A DNA stretch of 64,000 nt from Kiritimatiellia bacterium (GCA_050949565.1 JBMNFY010000017.1:1504001-1568000), one strand, 5' to 3'. Counted from the first letter of the stretch, positions 21,708 through 32,157 are shown. Notes: generated from the sequence alone by a model not told the origin. Program-made: numbers and translations.

Positions 21708-22649
21708 TTAACACAAAGCCGTTGTGTCGATGCGCATGCGTCGGCCGCGGAGTTGTAGGTTACCGCCAGTGATGATGACCTTCTCGTCCTCACGCCGCAG
21801 ATCAAGCGGCTCGCGCGCCCAGACTGCCCAGCCGCGCGTGGCGGCGCGCGCGTACAACTGCTCCAGCGTATCGGCAAAGCGCTCCTGGCCGCGCCAGAAC
21901 GGCAGTGGGCCAAGGCGGTAGATGAGTGGTGCGGGCGTGAGCGTTTTCACGGCGCTGCCGAAATCTTCAAAGGGGGGCTGCGGTGTTCCGTAGAACGTTG
22001 TGAGATCGACAGGATCGGGTGCGGGCGGTTGCGCCGGACAGGTCGGCGGCGGCTCTTCCATCGCCGCATCGCCCAGCAGCTCGACGCGGCTGACACCACG
22101 GACAGCCAGCAACAGCAGCGGGGTTTGGGTGATGGCCTCGCCCATCAAATAGTAGACCGCCGCCAGATGCTTGCAGGGGTTGGCGTAATCCGGACAGGAA
22201 CAGCGGCTCGACAGATCATTCTCGCGCTGCGGAAAGAGCGGACAGCCAGCTTCCCGGAAGAGCCCCTCCACCTCAAGCGGCAGCTCGCTGACCAACAGGC
22301 GCGCCACCAACATCGGCTGGGCACGCAAAGTTTCGATCAATTGCGGCTGCGCCTCTTCCGACACCGTGCGGAAGTGGATGGTGCTGGTGTACGGCTCCTT
22401 GCTGGCACCCTGCACACGGGCGGTGATCACGCCCGGCGTGATCTCAAGCTGCGACACCTGACCGGAGACCGCGTAGCTGCGGCCGCGTCCCAGACGCGCC
22501 CCAATGCGGAAGCGTTCGATGGCCTCGATCCAGCGTCGGCTCCACCACACGCGCGACGTTCCACTTTGCGCATGTTGCGAGCGGATACCGCCCATAATTG
22601 CCATCGGCGTGCGCGGCGCGTATCGCTTTTTTCGCTTTTTCTTGCTCAT
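21708..22649 (-). CDS. SWIM zinc-finger protein (partner of SNF2 ATPase)
   Basis: RLGRGRSYA, CSCPDYANPCKH; 4-nt overlap with the SNF2 gene. Confidence 0.88.
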   Translation of the reverse strand: MSKKKRKKRYAPRTPMAIMGGIRSQHAQSGTSRVWWSRRWIEAIERFRIGARLGRGRSYAVSGQVSQLEITPGVITARVQGASKEPYTSTIHFRTVSEEAQPQLIETLRAQPMLVARLLVSELPLEVEGLFREAGCPLFPQRENDLSSRCSCPDYANPCKHLAAVYYLMGEAITQTPLLLLAVRGVSRVELLGDAAMEEPPPTCPAQPPAPDPVDLTTFYGTPQPPFEDFGSAVKTLTPAPLIYRLGPLPFWRGQERFADTLEQLYARAATRGWAVWAREPLDLRREDEKVIITGGNLQLRGRRMRIDTTALC

Positions 22650-25600
22650 TCCCCCACCTCGACATCGGCAATAACCGTTTCGGAAAGCCGCAGAACCTGA
22701 TCCAGTTCGGCGTCGGAAAGTTCAGTTAGGAACTGCTCGCCACTCGTCACGATCTCGGCGGCCAAGGCGCTCTTGTGCGCGATCATATCGTCGATGCGTT
22801 CCTCCAGCGTACCGCCGCAGAGAAATTTATGGACCATCACATCGCGCGTCTGTCCGATACGGAAGGCGCGGTCAGTGGCCTGATTCTCAACGGCGGGATT
22901 CCACCAGCGGTCGTAGTGAAAGACATGGCTCGCGCGAGTCAGGTTGAGACCGATGCCGCCGGCTTTGAGCGAAAGGACAAAGGCACGCGGCTCGACGCCC
23001 TCCTGAAACGCTCGCACCATGTTGTCGCGCGTCTTGCGCGGCACGCCGCCATGCAAAAACGGCATGTCGCGCCCAAACGTTTCGCAGAGACGTTGTTGCA
23101 GTAGCACGCCCATTTCGGCGTACTGGGTGAAAACCAGTGCGCTTTCGCCGCGCGCGAAAATCTCCTCCAGCATCTCTTCCAGACGTTGTAGCTTGCCAGA
23201 TGGACGCGCCATGGCCTGCGGCTCGCCGAGGTAGTGCGCCGGATGGTTGCAGACCTGTTTAAGGCGCGTCAGCACACCAAGAATCAAGCCGCGTCGCGCG
23301 ATACCTTCGGCGTCGGCCGCATCGCGACGAAACTGCTCAAGCACTTCCTCGTAAAGATGCGCCTGCTCGCGCGTGAGCGTGCAGATGACGGTGCCTTCGC
23401 GCTTCTCTGGTAGATCGGCGATGATCTGTTTGTCGGTCTTGAGACGCCGCAGCAAAAACGGCGAGGTAATGCGCCGCAGCCGCGTGCGCGCGCCGGGATC
23501 GGTGCCAGAGTGGATCGGTCGGAAGAAGGTTTCGCGGAACGCGGTACGTCCGCCTAGCAGACCGGGATTGAGAAAATCCATCAACGACCAGAGATCGCCA
23601 ACATGGTTCTCGATCGGTGTACCGGTCAGCGCGACCCGGTAATCGGCCTGTAGCGCGCGCGCCGCTTGGGCTTGGCGCGTATCAGGATTCTTGATGTTCT
23701 GCGCTTCGTCGAGCACGATGCCGGACCAGTTGACTTTACGCAAGTCGGAGTAATCGCGGTAGAGCAGATGGTAACTGGTGAGCACGATGTCCGCCCCTTT
23801 TGTCTCGCGAACAAACGCATTGCCGCGACAGCGCTGTGCGCCGTGATGGAGCATCACGCGCAGACTGGGCGCGAAACGTCGACTCTCACGCAACCAGTTA
23901 CCGAGCACCGACATCGGAGCGACCAACAAAACCGGACGACGTTCGCCACGCTCCTTTTCGTGTAGCAGAAAGGCGAGCGTCTGGATCGTTTTACCAAGGC
24001 CCATGTCATCCGCCAGACAGCCGCCGAAGCCCCAGGTGCGCAGGAACGCCAGCCAACTGAACCCGCGCACCTGATAGGGACGCAACTCGCCGCAAAACGC
24101 AGCGGGTTGCGGCAGCAGTTCGAACGTCTGCTCGCCGCGCAAGCGATTAAGGAATGGCGCCAGCCAACCGCCGCCACGAACCTCGGAGACCTCCAGCCCG
24201 CCACGGCTTGCGGTACCCAGCGCCAACTGCACCACCTCCAGCGCGGATTGCGATTCCGCCCGCTTGGGTTGCGTAACGCGCAGCGCTTCCTGAAGCTGGC
24301 GCACATCGATCTGAATCCAGCGGCCCCGGAAGAAGACCAACGGCGAGTCGGACTCCAACAGCGCCTCCAGCTCCTCGCGCGAAATCGGCTGGCCGTCCAG
24401 CGCGACCGTCCAGCTCAGCGCCACCTTCTCTTCCAATGCCTGCGGGCTGGCGTCCGCGTCGGCGTGCGGCATCGCATCAACCTCCAGCGTGACGGTCTGC
24501 TCACGGTGGCTCCACCATGCCGGTAGACTGACGCCGTAACCAGCCGCTTCCAGCAGCGGTGCGGCAGTGTTGAGAAAGACATGTGCCTCATCAGGTGGTA
24601 GCATGCAACCAAAGCCGTGCGGATAGATTTCGGCTCTGGTCAGCGGTGGGAAGAGCATGCCGGCCTGTCCCAGCGCGATCAAGAGCGCTTCATCAGCACC
24701 CTCAAAAAACGGTGTACGGCCTTTCGGGCGCGTGCCGTTAAAACGCACACGCAGGAACCACGGCTGACTCGGTTCGGACGGCTCCTCCAGATCAAAGAGC
24801 AATGCGGCGTCATGTGTCGCGCGGCCTTCGACCGGTCGCCGCCACAGCGCGACCGCATCATACAGGGCGTCAAGTTCCTCATCCGCTTTCCAGCGGATCA
24901 CCGGGCTCTCACCGCGCAATGCAGCGAACCAAGCGTCGTGGGCGCTGTAGAATTTACCGCGTTCGGCATGCGAACGCGACAGCGTCGTCATCACGCTGAG
25001 CCGCACCAAGTGGTCGGTCAGCTCCTCAAGCAACGCGGCGGCATAGTGTTCGGGTGTCGTACCCAGCGTCAGCAACGGCGGCAAACGCGCGGTCAGCGCT
25101 TCGAGCCGCCGCCGGTCGGGCGGATCGAGCGACAGCTGCCAGCGCGCCTCGACGCTCTCGTCGTCGCGCCGCACAAGCGCGGGCAAAAATCTGCCGCGAG
25201 CCACGAGCGAACCGGACAAGCGGAAAAGATCCACGAACGCGAGCAGGTCTTCACCGGCGAACACGCCATCGGCCAGCCGCCGCTCCTGACAGACCCCCAG
25301 AAAGGTCAGGGCCTGTTTCCAAGTTAAAGTGGCAGCCGTGACCCGCCAGGTATCAAGCGTTACCGGCGGCGAAACGGAGACGTCGGCAGGCAAGAGAAAC
25401 GATTGCGACGGCACTGGAAGCGGGCCGACAGAACTCTGGCTTGTCGGCAGGCGCAACTCCAGACCCAACATCTGAAGACTCTCCGTCTCCCAAAGGAATC
25501 CTTCGAGAACGTCACCGAGAATTTCCGCCCCGGCATCGAACGGCGAAACACGCGCCTGCGCCGCACCCTGCGCCGTGGGATGAGTTCCACATGCGGGTGC

Positions 25601-25663
25601 AACCCGTTCGCCCCACACAGCCACACGACGTTGGCGCCAGCTTATATGCAGAATCACTAGCAT
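22646..25663 (-). CDS. SNF2-family DEAQ-box ATPase (YwqA-like)
   Basis: LRPYQ, LADDMGLGKT, LDEAQNIKN, LTGTPIEN, QATDRAFRIGQ; probable ATG 25663. Confidence 0.93.
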   Translation of the reverse strand: MLVILHISWRQRRVAVWGERVAPACGTHPTAQGAAQARVSPFDAGAEILGDVLEGFLWETESLQMLGLELRLPTSQSSVGPLPVPSQSFLLPADVSVSPPVTLDTWRVTAATLTWKQALTFLGVCQERRLADGVFAGEDLLAFVDLFRLSGSLVARGRFLPALVRRDDESVEARWQLSLDPPDRRRLEALTARLPPLLTLGTTPEHYAAALLEELTDHLVRLSVMTTLSRSHAERGKFYSAHDAWFAALRGESPVIRWKADEELDALYDAVALWRRPVEGRATHDAALLFDLEEPSEPSQPWFLRVRFNGTRPKGRTPFFEGADEALLIALGQAGMLFPPLTRAEIYPHGFGCMLPPDEAHVFLNTAAPLLEAAGYGVSLPAWWSHREQTVTLEVDAMPHADADASPQALEEKVALSWTVALDGQPISREELEALLESDSPLVFFRGRWIQIDVRQLQEALRVTQPKRAESQSALEVVQLALGTASRGGLEVSEVRGGGWLAPFLNRLRGEQTFELLPQPAAFCGELRPYQVRGFSWLAFLRTWGFGGCLADDMGLGKTIQTLAFLLHEKERGERRPVLLVAPMSVLGNWLRESRRFAPSLRVMLHHGAQRCRGNAFVRETKGADIVLTSYHLLYRDYSDLRKVNWSGIVLDEAQNIKNPDTRQAQAARALQADYRVALTGTPIENHVGDLWSLMDFLNPGLLGGRTAFRETFFRPIHSGTDPGARTRLRRITSPFLLRRLKTDKQIIADLPEKREGTVICTLTREQAHLYEEVLEQFRRDAADAEGIARRGLILGVLTRLKQVCNHPAHYLGEPQAMARPSGKLQRLEEMLEEIFARGESALVFTQYAEMGVLLQQRLCETFGRDMPFLHGGVPRKTRDNMVRAFQEGVEPRAFVLSLKAGGIGLNLTRASHVFHYDRWWNPAVENQATDRAFRIGQTRDVMVHKFLCGGTLEERIDDMIAHKSALAAEIVTSGEQFLTELSDAELDQVLRLSETVIADVEVGE

Positions 25664-25756
25664 CCCATCAGTCTGCCCGACAACAAGGCGGTCACAGACA
25701 CACACATCGTACCACAATGCGCTCTCCGTGCGTAGCGCGGAGAGCGCGTTGTGATA

Positions 25757-25962
25757 TTTAGGAGTTAGGAGTTAGGAGTTAGGATTTAGGAGTTGAGTGC
25801 CTGCCGCAAGATTTGCGCCGGGTAATGTGACACAGGCATCCTGCCCGTGATGACGGCACTGCGCAAAACCGGTGACCGTCTTGTACCCGTCCTCGCGGGC
25901 TCCGCCCGCGACCAATCACAAATTACAAATCTAAACTCCTAACTCCTCAATCCTAACTCCTC
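25757..25962. repeat. Inverted pair of heptamer arrays enclosing a lone REP-like hairpin
   Basis: GGAGTTA array 25757-25796, complementary array 25931-25962, GTGACACAGGCATCCTGCCCGTG near 25827-25849. Confidence 0.75.
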
Positions 25963-26003
25963 CTTCCAAAGTGCGATTCAACGAGGTTGAATCGTACTTT
26001 GGC

Positions 26004-26032
26004 TTGACGCTGAGCACCTGACATTGCATGCT
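26004..26032 (+). promoter_or_regulatory. Putative sigma70 promoter of mutL (leaderless)
   Basis: TTGACG-N17-CATGCT, then 7 nt to ATG 26040. Confidence 0.45.
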
Positions 26033-26039
26033 TGTGCGG

Positions 26040-27893
26040 ATGGTCAAAGACGGACATATTCGCCTGTTGCCGATCCACGTCGCCAACAAGATCGCGGCGG
26101 GCGAGGTGGTGGAGCGCCCCGCTTCGGTGGTGAAAGAGTTGATGGAAAACGCCATCGACTCCGGTGCCACGCGGATTGACGTGACCGTGACGGCTGGCGG
26201 GCGCAAACTGATCGAGGTGCGCGACAACGGCGGCGGCATGGGGCGCGACGATGCCCTGCTCAGCATCGAGCGGCAAGCCACCAGTAAAATCCGCGATGTC
26301 GATGACATCGAACGTATCGACACGCTCGGTTTCCGTGGCGAGGCATTGCCTTCAATCGCTTCAGTCTCGCGCTTCACACTCAAAACGCGCCGTGAGGTGG
26401 ATGAGGCCGGAAGCGAGTTAGTGATTGTGGGCGGCAGCCTGCAAGACGTCCGCGAAGCCGGTCTGCCGGTCGGCACCACGATCAGTGTGCGCGACCTCTT
26501 TTTCAATGTGCCGGCCCGTCGAAAATTTCTGCGTGCGTTTCAGACCGAGCAGGCACATATCCGCTCGGTCTTCACGCTCCACGCTCTGGCCCATCCGGAA
26601 ATCGGCATGAGCCTTACATCCGACGGCCGCGAGCTGGCTCGTTTGCCGCCTGATGCTACGTTGGAGGAGCGCGTCCGCGATCTCTTCGGTGCCGACTTCT
26701 GCGCGGGACTGGTGCCGCTCGACCGGACACGCGGGGAGATTCGCGTCTACGGTTTCGCCGGATTACCGAACCAGACACGCACCGACCGCAGTGAACAGTA
26801 CATCTTCATTAACCGCCGTCCAGCCACCGCGCCGGTCATCGCCTATGCGTTGCGCGAGGCCTATCCGCCGCTAGAAGGCAACCGCAAGCCGATCGTGCTG
26901 CTCTTCATCGAGATGCCGCCCGAGCACGTGGATGTCAATGTGCATCCGACCAAACGCGAGGTACGCTTTCACAAACCGGTGGATGTGCGCGAAGCGTTGA
27001 TCGCTGCCATCACCGAGGCGATCGGCAACACGCACCGGCATAAGAACAACGAGCCCGCAGACGCTCCTCCGGCCGATACGAAAGCGGCGGCGCACGACAC
27101 GCAAGATACGCGCGACACACAGGACGTCTCGTTGCGAACGCTGGTGCCGGAAGCTGCGGCGCGCCCCTTCGACTATCCCGCGCCGGTTCCGCTGCCGCTA
27201 GTTGACGCGCCCCGCCCCGCCGCCGTGCCGTTCCCCGCCCCTATGCAACCCGCCCCCGTGCCGCCACCGACCGGCAAGGGGCTACCGCTCTTCGCGGACC
27301 CGCACGCGGGTTCGCCGTGGCGCTGGTGCCGGGTGTTGGGTCAGGTGGGCGGACGTTATTTGCTGTTGGAGACTGACGACGGCATGGTAACGGTCGATCC
27401 GCGCGCGGCACGCGAGCGGGTGCTGTACGAGCGGCTGATGGATAACGCACGGAGCGGCGAAACCCTATCGCAGCGCATGCTGCTGCCCGAGACGGTGCAA
27501 CTCGCGCCGCGTGACGCCGCGCGTCTGCGCAAGCACTTGTCGGTCGTGCAGGCGATGGGCTTCGGCGTAGCAGAGTTTGGTAGCGACCATTTTATCGTCG
27601 AGTCGCTACCCGCCGCGCTGGGCACGGTCTCCTGCCGCGAGCTACTGGGAAACATCGCACACGATCTTGAAACTGCCGGCACGCGGCGTGGTGCCGAAAA
27701 GTGGCGCGAAGAGCTGATCGCCAAAGCCGCCTGCCGCGCGGTCACCGGTAGCAGTGAGCCGCTCTCCGAAGAGGCCGCCGAGCGATTGGTGAACGACCTC
27801 GCCGCCACGCGCATGCCCTACACCTGCCCGCGCGGCCGCCCCACCATGATCTTCACCTCATACCGCGAACTTGAAAGAAAGTTTGGGCGGTGA
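26040..27893 (+). CDS. mutL: DNA mismatch repair protein MutL
   Basis: NKIAAGEVVERPASVVKELMENAIDSG, GFRGEAL, DVNVHPTKREV; start could be 26028. Confidence 0.95.
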   Translation: MVKDGHIRLLPIHVANKIAAGEVVERPASVVKELMENAIDSGATRIDVTVTAGGRKLIEVRDNGGGMGRDDALLSIERQATSKIRDVDDIERIDTLGFRGEALPSIASVSRFTLKTRREVDEAGSELVIVGGSLQDVREAGLPVGTTISVRDLFFNVPARRKFLRAFQTEQAHIRSVFTLHALAHPEIGMSLTSDGRELARLPPDATLEERVRDLFGADFCAGLVPLDRTRGEIRVYGFAGLPNQTRTDRSEQYIFINRRPATAPVIAYALREAYPPLEGNRKPIVLLFIEMPPEHVDVNVHPTKREVRFHKPVDVREALIAAITEAIGNTHRHKNNEPADAPPADTKAAAHDTQDTRDTQDVSLRTLVPEAAARPFDYPAPVPLPLVDAPRPAAVPFPAPMQPAPVPPPTGKGLPLFADPHAGSPWRWCRVLGQVGGRYLLLETDDGMVTVDPRAARERVLYERLMDNARSGETLSQRMLLPETVQLAPRDAARLRKHLSVVQAMGFGVAEFGSDHFIVESLPAALGTVSCRELLGNIAHDLETAGTRRGAEKWREELIAKAACRAVTGSSEPLSEEAAERLVNDLAATRMPYTCPRGRPTMIFTSYRELERKFGR

Positions 27894-28096
27894 ATAGCCG
27901 CAACCATGCCACCAAAAATCGTGCCATCTGTGGTTAAACAAACCCGAGCAGGGCTTTTACTCGCACGGTTGTACGCCACTGCGTGATCGCAACAAGAAAG
28001 GTTGACTCGCGACGTTCGACCCGCGACCTGCGGCTGGTGCAGCCCCCAAAAAACCTCTGTGCTCTCTGTGTTCTCTGTGGTTTCCAAAACCTGAAC

Positions 28097-28138
28097 CATG
28101 CCACCAAAAATCTGCGTAATCTGTGCCATCTGTGGATG
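28097..28138 (+). repeat. 42-bp inverted repeat, left of mnmE
   Basis: 40/42 identical to the reverse complement of 29524-29565. Confidence 0.85.
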
Positions 28139-28150
28139 TAAAAAACCGCG

Positions 28151-29539
28151 TCACTTGCCGACGCAGAAGCGGCTGAAGATGGCATCCAGCAGATCCTCGG
28201 TGTAAACACGCCCGATCATGCGTCCGAGCGCTTCGGCCGCGCCGCGCAGATGGCCGGCCGCGAGCACCAGTCCGCTTTCACCGGCGTCCAGCGCGGCGCG
28301 CGCCTCCCGGCTCTGCTCAAGTGCCGTGCGCAGTTCATTGACATGCCGCAGCGAGACAATCGGCTGCCCGTACGTTTCTTCTGTCACGCCCAGAGTCTCG
28401 GCCACCATCCGCTTCAACGCTTCCAGCCCCTCGCCGCTCTTCGCGGAGACACGCATATAAGCCAGCTCCGACGGTATCTCCAAAGTTCCCGATGTCGGCA
28501 AATCGCATTTCGTAACAACCACCATCACGCGTCCAGTCGGTAACGTCGCGCAGACCTCGGCCAGCTTTTCGGACTGCGGCACCGACCCGTCCACCAGATA
28601 GAGGATCAAATCCGCCTGACGTATCATGGCGCGCGCCCGCTCGACGCCCTCGCGCTCGACGCCGTCCTGCGTGTCGCGCAGGCCGGCGGTGTCGACCAGC
28701 CGCAGCGGCACCCCGTACAGCACGAGCGACTCTTCGATCGCATCGCGTGTGGTGCCCGGCAGGTCGTGTACGATGGCGCGGCGGATGCCCAGCAAGGCAT
28801 TCATCAGCGAAGACTTGCCGGCGTTGGGACGTCCGGCCAGGACCACCAGCGCACCCTCGCGAACCAGATGCCCCTCGCGCCACGATGCCACCAACTGTTC
28901 CATCTCGGTCATGCACGCCGCCAGCCGCTCGCTGGCGCGCTCTGTAAAAAGAGGCGGCAGTTCGCCCTCGTCAAAATCCAGCAGATGCTCCACCTCGGCG
29001 CAGACCGCCGTGACCGCCTCATAAAGCGCCGCCACGCGCCCCCCTAACGCGCCGTCGAGCTGGGCGCGGGCCACATGCGCGGCGCGTTCGGTACGGGACT
29101 GGATCAAGTCGCACACCGCCTCGGCCTGCGTTAAATCCATACGCCCGTTGAGAAAGGCGCGGCGCGTGAACTCTCCGGGTTCGGCCAAACGCGCACCGGC
29201 CGCCAGCACCGCCTCCAGCAGACGGCGCGAAGGTAACGCGCCGCCATGTCCTTGAATCTCCAGCGTGTCTTCGCCGGTATAGCTGTGCGGTGCGCGGTAG
29301 ATCAGAAACACAGCATCATCGATCACGGTACCGGTGACCGGATGGATCACGCGCGCATGGAAAAAGGTGCCCGCCGCGCGCTGGCTGGGCGGACAGCGCA
29401 GCCCCGGCACCAGACGGTCACCGACCTCCAGCGCGCCGTCTCCAGAAACCCGCACGATGCTCACGCCCGCCGGCCCCGCAGCGGTGGCGATCGCGGCGAT
29501 CACATGGGTGCTATAGCATTTTTCATCCACAGATGACAC
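28151..29539 (-). CDS. mnmE: tRNA modification GTPase MnmE
   Basis: IAAIAT, SYTGED, GEFTRRAFLNGRMDLTQAEA, GRPNAGKSS, DTAG, FCVGK; start may be GTG 29503. Confidence 0.95.
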   Translation of the reverse strand: MSSVDEKCYSTHVIAAIATAAGPAGVSIVRVSGDGALEVGDRLVPGLRCPPSQRAAGTFFHARVIHPVTGTVIDDAVFLIYRAPHSYTGEDTLEIQGHGGALPSRRLLEAVLAAGARLAEPGEFTRRAFLNGRMDLTQAEAVCDLIQSRTERAAHVARAQLDGALGGRVAALYEAVTAVCAEVEHLLDFDEGELPPLFTERASERLAACMTEMEQLVASWREGHLVREGALVVLAGRPNAGKSSLMNALLGIRRAIVHDLPGTTRDAIEESLVLYGVPLRLVDTAGLRDTQDGVEREGVERARAMIRQADLILYLVDGSVPQSEKLAEVCATLPTGRVMVVVTKCDLPTSGTLEIPSELAYMRVSAKSGEGLEALKRMVAETLGVTEETYGQPIVSLRHVNELRTALEQSREARAALDAGESGLVLAAGHLRGAAEALGRMIGRVYTEDLLDAIFSRFCVGK

Positions 29540-29565
29540 AGATTACGCAGATTTTTGGGGGCATG
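29524..29565 (-). repeat. 42-bp inverted repeat, right of mnmE
   Basis: Partner of 28097-28138. Confidence 0.85.
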
Positions 29566-29623
29566 ACTGAACTCGCGAAGCACGTCAATCCCGTCAATCA
29601 TGTCAAAAAACCGCCATCTCGCC

Positions 29624-31951
29624 CTACAACCCAGCGAACGGATTCACCGTGAATCCGCCGCCGCCCGACGAGCCGCGTCCCGGCGATCCTCCGCGCCCGG
29701 TGGAGTCGCGCCTGCCGCGCGGCGGACCGGAGCGGCGGTCGCCGCCACCGCCACCCTCGCGCTTGCCCGCCGGCGCGGGCTGCGTCTTGGCGCTTAGCGA
29801 GATGCGCCGGCGCGCTTTGTCCACGCTCAGCACGCGCACCTTCAGCTTGTCGCCGGCCTTGACCACCTCGGACGGATCGCGCACAAAACGGTCCGAAAGC
29901 TCCGACACATGCACCAGACCATCCTGATGCACACCGATATCGACAAAAGCACCGAACGCCGTGACGTTGGTCACGATCCCTTCCAGCACCATGCCCTCTT
30001 TGACATGCTCGAACTCGGTCACGTCGTCGCGGAAGGCCGGTTTTTCAAACGTCGCGCGTGGGTCGCGTCCCGGCTTCTTCAATTCGGCGATGATGTCGCG
30101 CAGTGTTGGCTCGCCCACCGAATCCGACACATACTTGGTGTAATCGATCTGATCCACCAACGTGTTATTACCGATCAGGTCAGATAGCGCCACGCCCAGA
30201 TCGGCGGCCATCTGCTCGACCAGTGCGTAGCGTTCCGGATGAACCGCCGAGGCGTCCAGCGGATGCTCGCCGTCGCGGATGCGCAAAAAGCCCGCGGCCT
30301 GCTCGAACGTCTTGGGCCCCAGTCCCGGAACTTTGCCCAGTTGTTGCCGACTGGTAAAAGCGCCGTTCTCGTTGCGGTAGGTAACAATCTTCTTGGCCAT
30401 CGCACCGCCGATTCCCGAGACGCGCGTCAGCAGCGGAGCGCTGGCGGTGTTCAACTCCACGCCCACATGGTTCACGCAGCTCACCACCACTTCGTCCAGC
30501 TTGTCGGCCAGCAACGGCTGATGCACATCGTGCTGGTACTGTCCCACGCCGATCGCCTTGGGGTCGATCTTCACCAACTCCGCCAGCGGGTCTTGCAAGC
30601 GCCGTCCGATCGAAATCGCCCCGCGGATCGTCAGGTCAAGATCGGGAAACTCGTCACGCGCCACTTCCGACGCGCTGTAGACCGACGCACCGGACTCGTT
30701 GACGGAGATCACCATCACATCTTTGATGTTCGCCTCTTTCAGCACACCGCGCACGAACGACTCGGTCTCGCGACCGCCGGTACCATTGCCGACCGCAATC
30801 GCCGTCGGACGGTGCTTGGCCACCAGTTTGCAGATATCGACTTTCGCCTCGATCTCGCGCCGTCCGCCCTGCGAGGGAAAGATGGTGCAGGTTTCCAAAA
30901 ATTTTCCGGTCGAATCCAGCGCCACGCACTTGCACCCGGTGCGCAACCCCGGGTCGATGCCCACGACCTTTTTATCGCCGAGCGGTGCCTGCAGCAACAG
31001 GTTGCGTAGGTTCTGCGCGAAGATCTCCACCGCCGCGCGGTCGGCCTTCATCTTGGTTTCGACCATGACATCGACCTCGACGCTCGGCGCGATCAACCGC
31101 TTGTAGCTGTCTTCGATCGCCTCTTTCAGATGCGGCGCAAAGCGCGAGCTGGGATTCAACGCAACCATTTCGCTGATGCGTTCCAGCAACGGGTCGGCCT
31201 CGCACGCCACGCGCACACGCAACACGCCTTCGGTTTGGCCGCGACGGATCGCAAGGAAGCGATGGGAAGGAATGTCGCTCAGCCGCTCCGAAAACTCGTA
31301 ATACTGCTCGAACTTGGTCGGCTCGGTCGGTTTAGGATCGACCACCTCCGACGCCACCACCCCCTGCGTGGCAAACGCCTGACGCACCAAGCCGCGCACA
31401 TCCGCGTTCTCGGCGACGGTCTCGGCCACGATGTCACGTGCGCCCGCCAGCGCGGCGTTGACGTCCGCCACGCCTTTTTCATCATCCACAAAAGCGGCTG
31501 CCGCGTCATCGGGATCTGCGTTAACATCCTGCGCCAGAATCAACTCGGCCAACGGTTCGAGACCCTTCTCGCGCGCGATCATGGCGCGTGTGCGGCGCTT
31601 GGGCTTGTAGGGCAGATAAAGGTCTTCGAGCGCGGTTTTTACGTTGCAAGCCAGAATCTTGGCCTTCAACTCCGGCGACAATTTGCCCTGCTCCTCGATA
31701 GATGCCAGAATCGTTGCGCGCCGCTCCTCCAGTTCGCGGTAGTAAGTCAGGCGCTCCTGAATCTTGGAGATCTGCACTTCATCGAGGTTACCGTGAACCT
31801 CCTTGCGATAACGCGCAATGAACGGAATGGTATTGCCTTCCGCCAACAGGGTCTCGACCGCGATGATCTGGCGCGGCGCAACCGCCAATTCCGATATGAG
31901 CGTTTCAAGCGCGGTCTTGCCGGCTTCACTACTTAAAAAAATCTCTGCCAT
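29624..31951 (-). CDS. tex: Tex family transcription accessory protein (S1 domain)
   Basis: TIPFIARYRKE, LEDLYLPYKPKRRT, GIDPGLRTGCK, GVGQYQHDV, S1 FGAFVDIGVHQDGLVHVS. Confidence 0.95.
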   Translation of the reverse strand: MAEIFLSSEAGKTALETLISELAVAPRQIIAVETLLAEGNTIPFIARYRKEVHGNLDEVQISKIQERLTYYRELEERRATILASIEEQGKLSPELKAKILACNVKTALEDLYLPYKPKRRTRAMIAREKGLEPLAELILAQDVNADPDDAAAAFVDDEKGVADVNAALAGARDIVAETVAENADVRGLVRQAFATQGVVASEVVDPKPTEPTKFEQYYEFSERLSDIPSHRFLAIRRGQTEGVLRVRVACEADPLLERISEMVALNPSSRFAPHLKEAIEDSYKRLIAPSVEVDVMVETKMKADRAAVEIFAQNLRNLLLQAPLGDKKVVGIDPGLRTGCKCVALDSTGKFLETCTIFPSQGGRREIEAKVDICKLVAKHRPTAIAVGNGTGGRETESFVRGVLKEANIKDVMVISVNESGASVYSASEVARDEFPDLDLTIRGAISIGRRLQDPLAELVKIDPKAIGVGQYQHDVHQPLLADKLDEVVVSCVNHVGVELNTASAPLLTRVSGIGGAMAKKIVTYRNENGAFTSRQQLGKVPGLGPKTFEQAAGFLRIRDGEHPLDASAVHPERYALVEQMAADLGVALSDLIGNNTLVDQIDYTKYVSDSVGEPTLRDIIAELKKPGRDPRATFEKPAFRDDVTEFEHVKEGMVLEGIVTNVTAFGAFVDIGVHQDGLVHVSELSDRFVRDPSEVVKAGDKLKVRVLSVDKARRRISLSAKTQPAPAGKREGGGGGDRRSGPPRGRRDSTGRGGSPGRGSSGGGGFTVNPFAGL

Positions 31952-31977
31952 CTGATTCTATCCTCGTCAAAGCTGGG

Positions 31978-32010
31978 GAGGCTCGTGCAAAACCCTCGTG
32001 GCATGAGCGC
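31978..32010. mobile_element. Truncated MITE family A / IS end
   Basis: GAGGCTCGTGCAAAACCCTCGTGGCATG matches the start of 52675-52758. Confidence 0.65.
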
Positions 32011-32119
32011 TCCAACGCAGATGGGAACCATACTGAAACACCGCGACCGGCACAAGTCGATTGTTTGTGCAGAAGTTCTCTGACAAGCAGTCAACTTTCG
32101 CCCTTGTCCTGTTCCCGTC

Positions 32120-32157
32120 TGTGTGACACAATACAGCAAGCTATCATTGTACTGTGT
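32120..32157. promoter_or_regulatory. Putative operator upstream of the 32.2-39.7 kb operon
   Basis: ACACAATACA-N12-TGTACTGTGT (9/10 inverted match) overlapping palindrome TGTGTGACACA. Confidence 0.4.

Noticed and set aside
25757-25962. CRISPR interpretation of the repeat arrays
   Set aside because: No repeat-spacer periodicity and no cas genes
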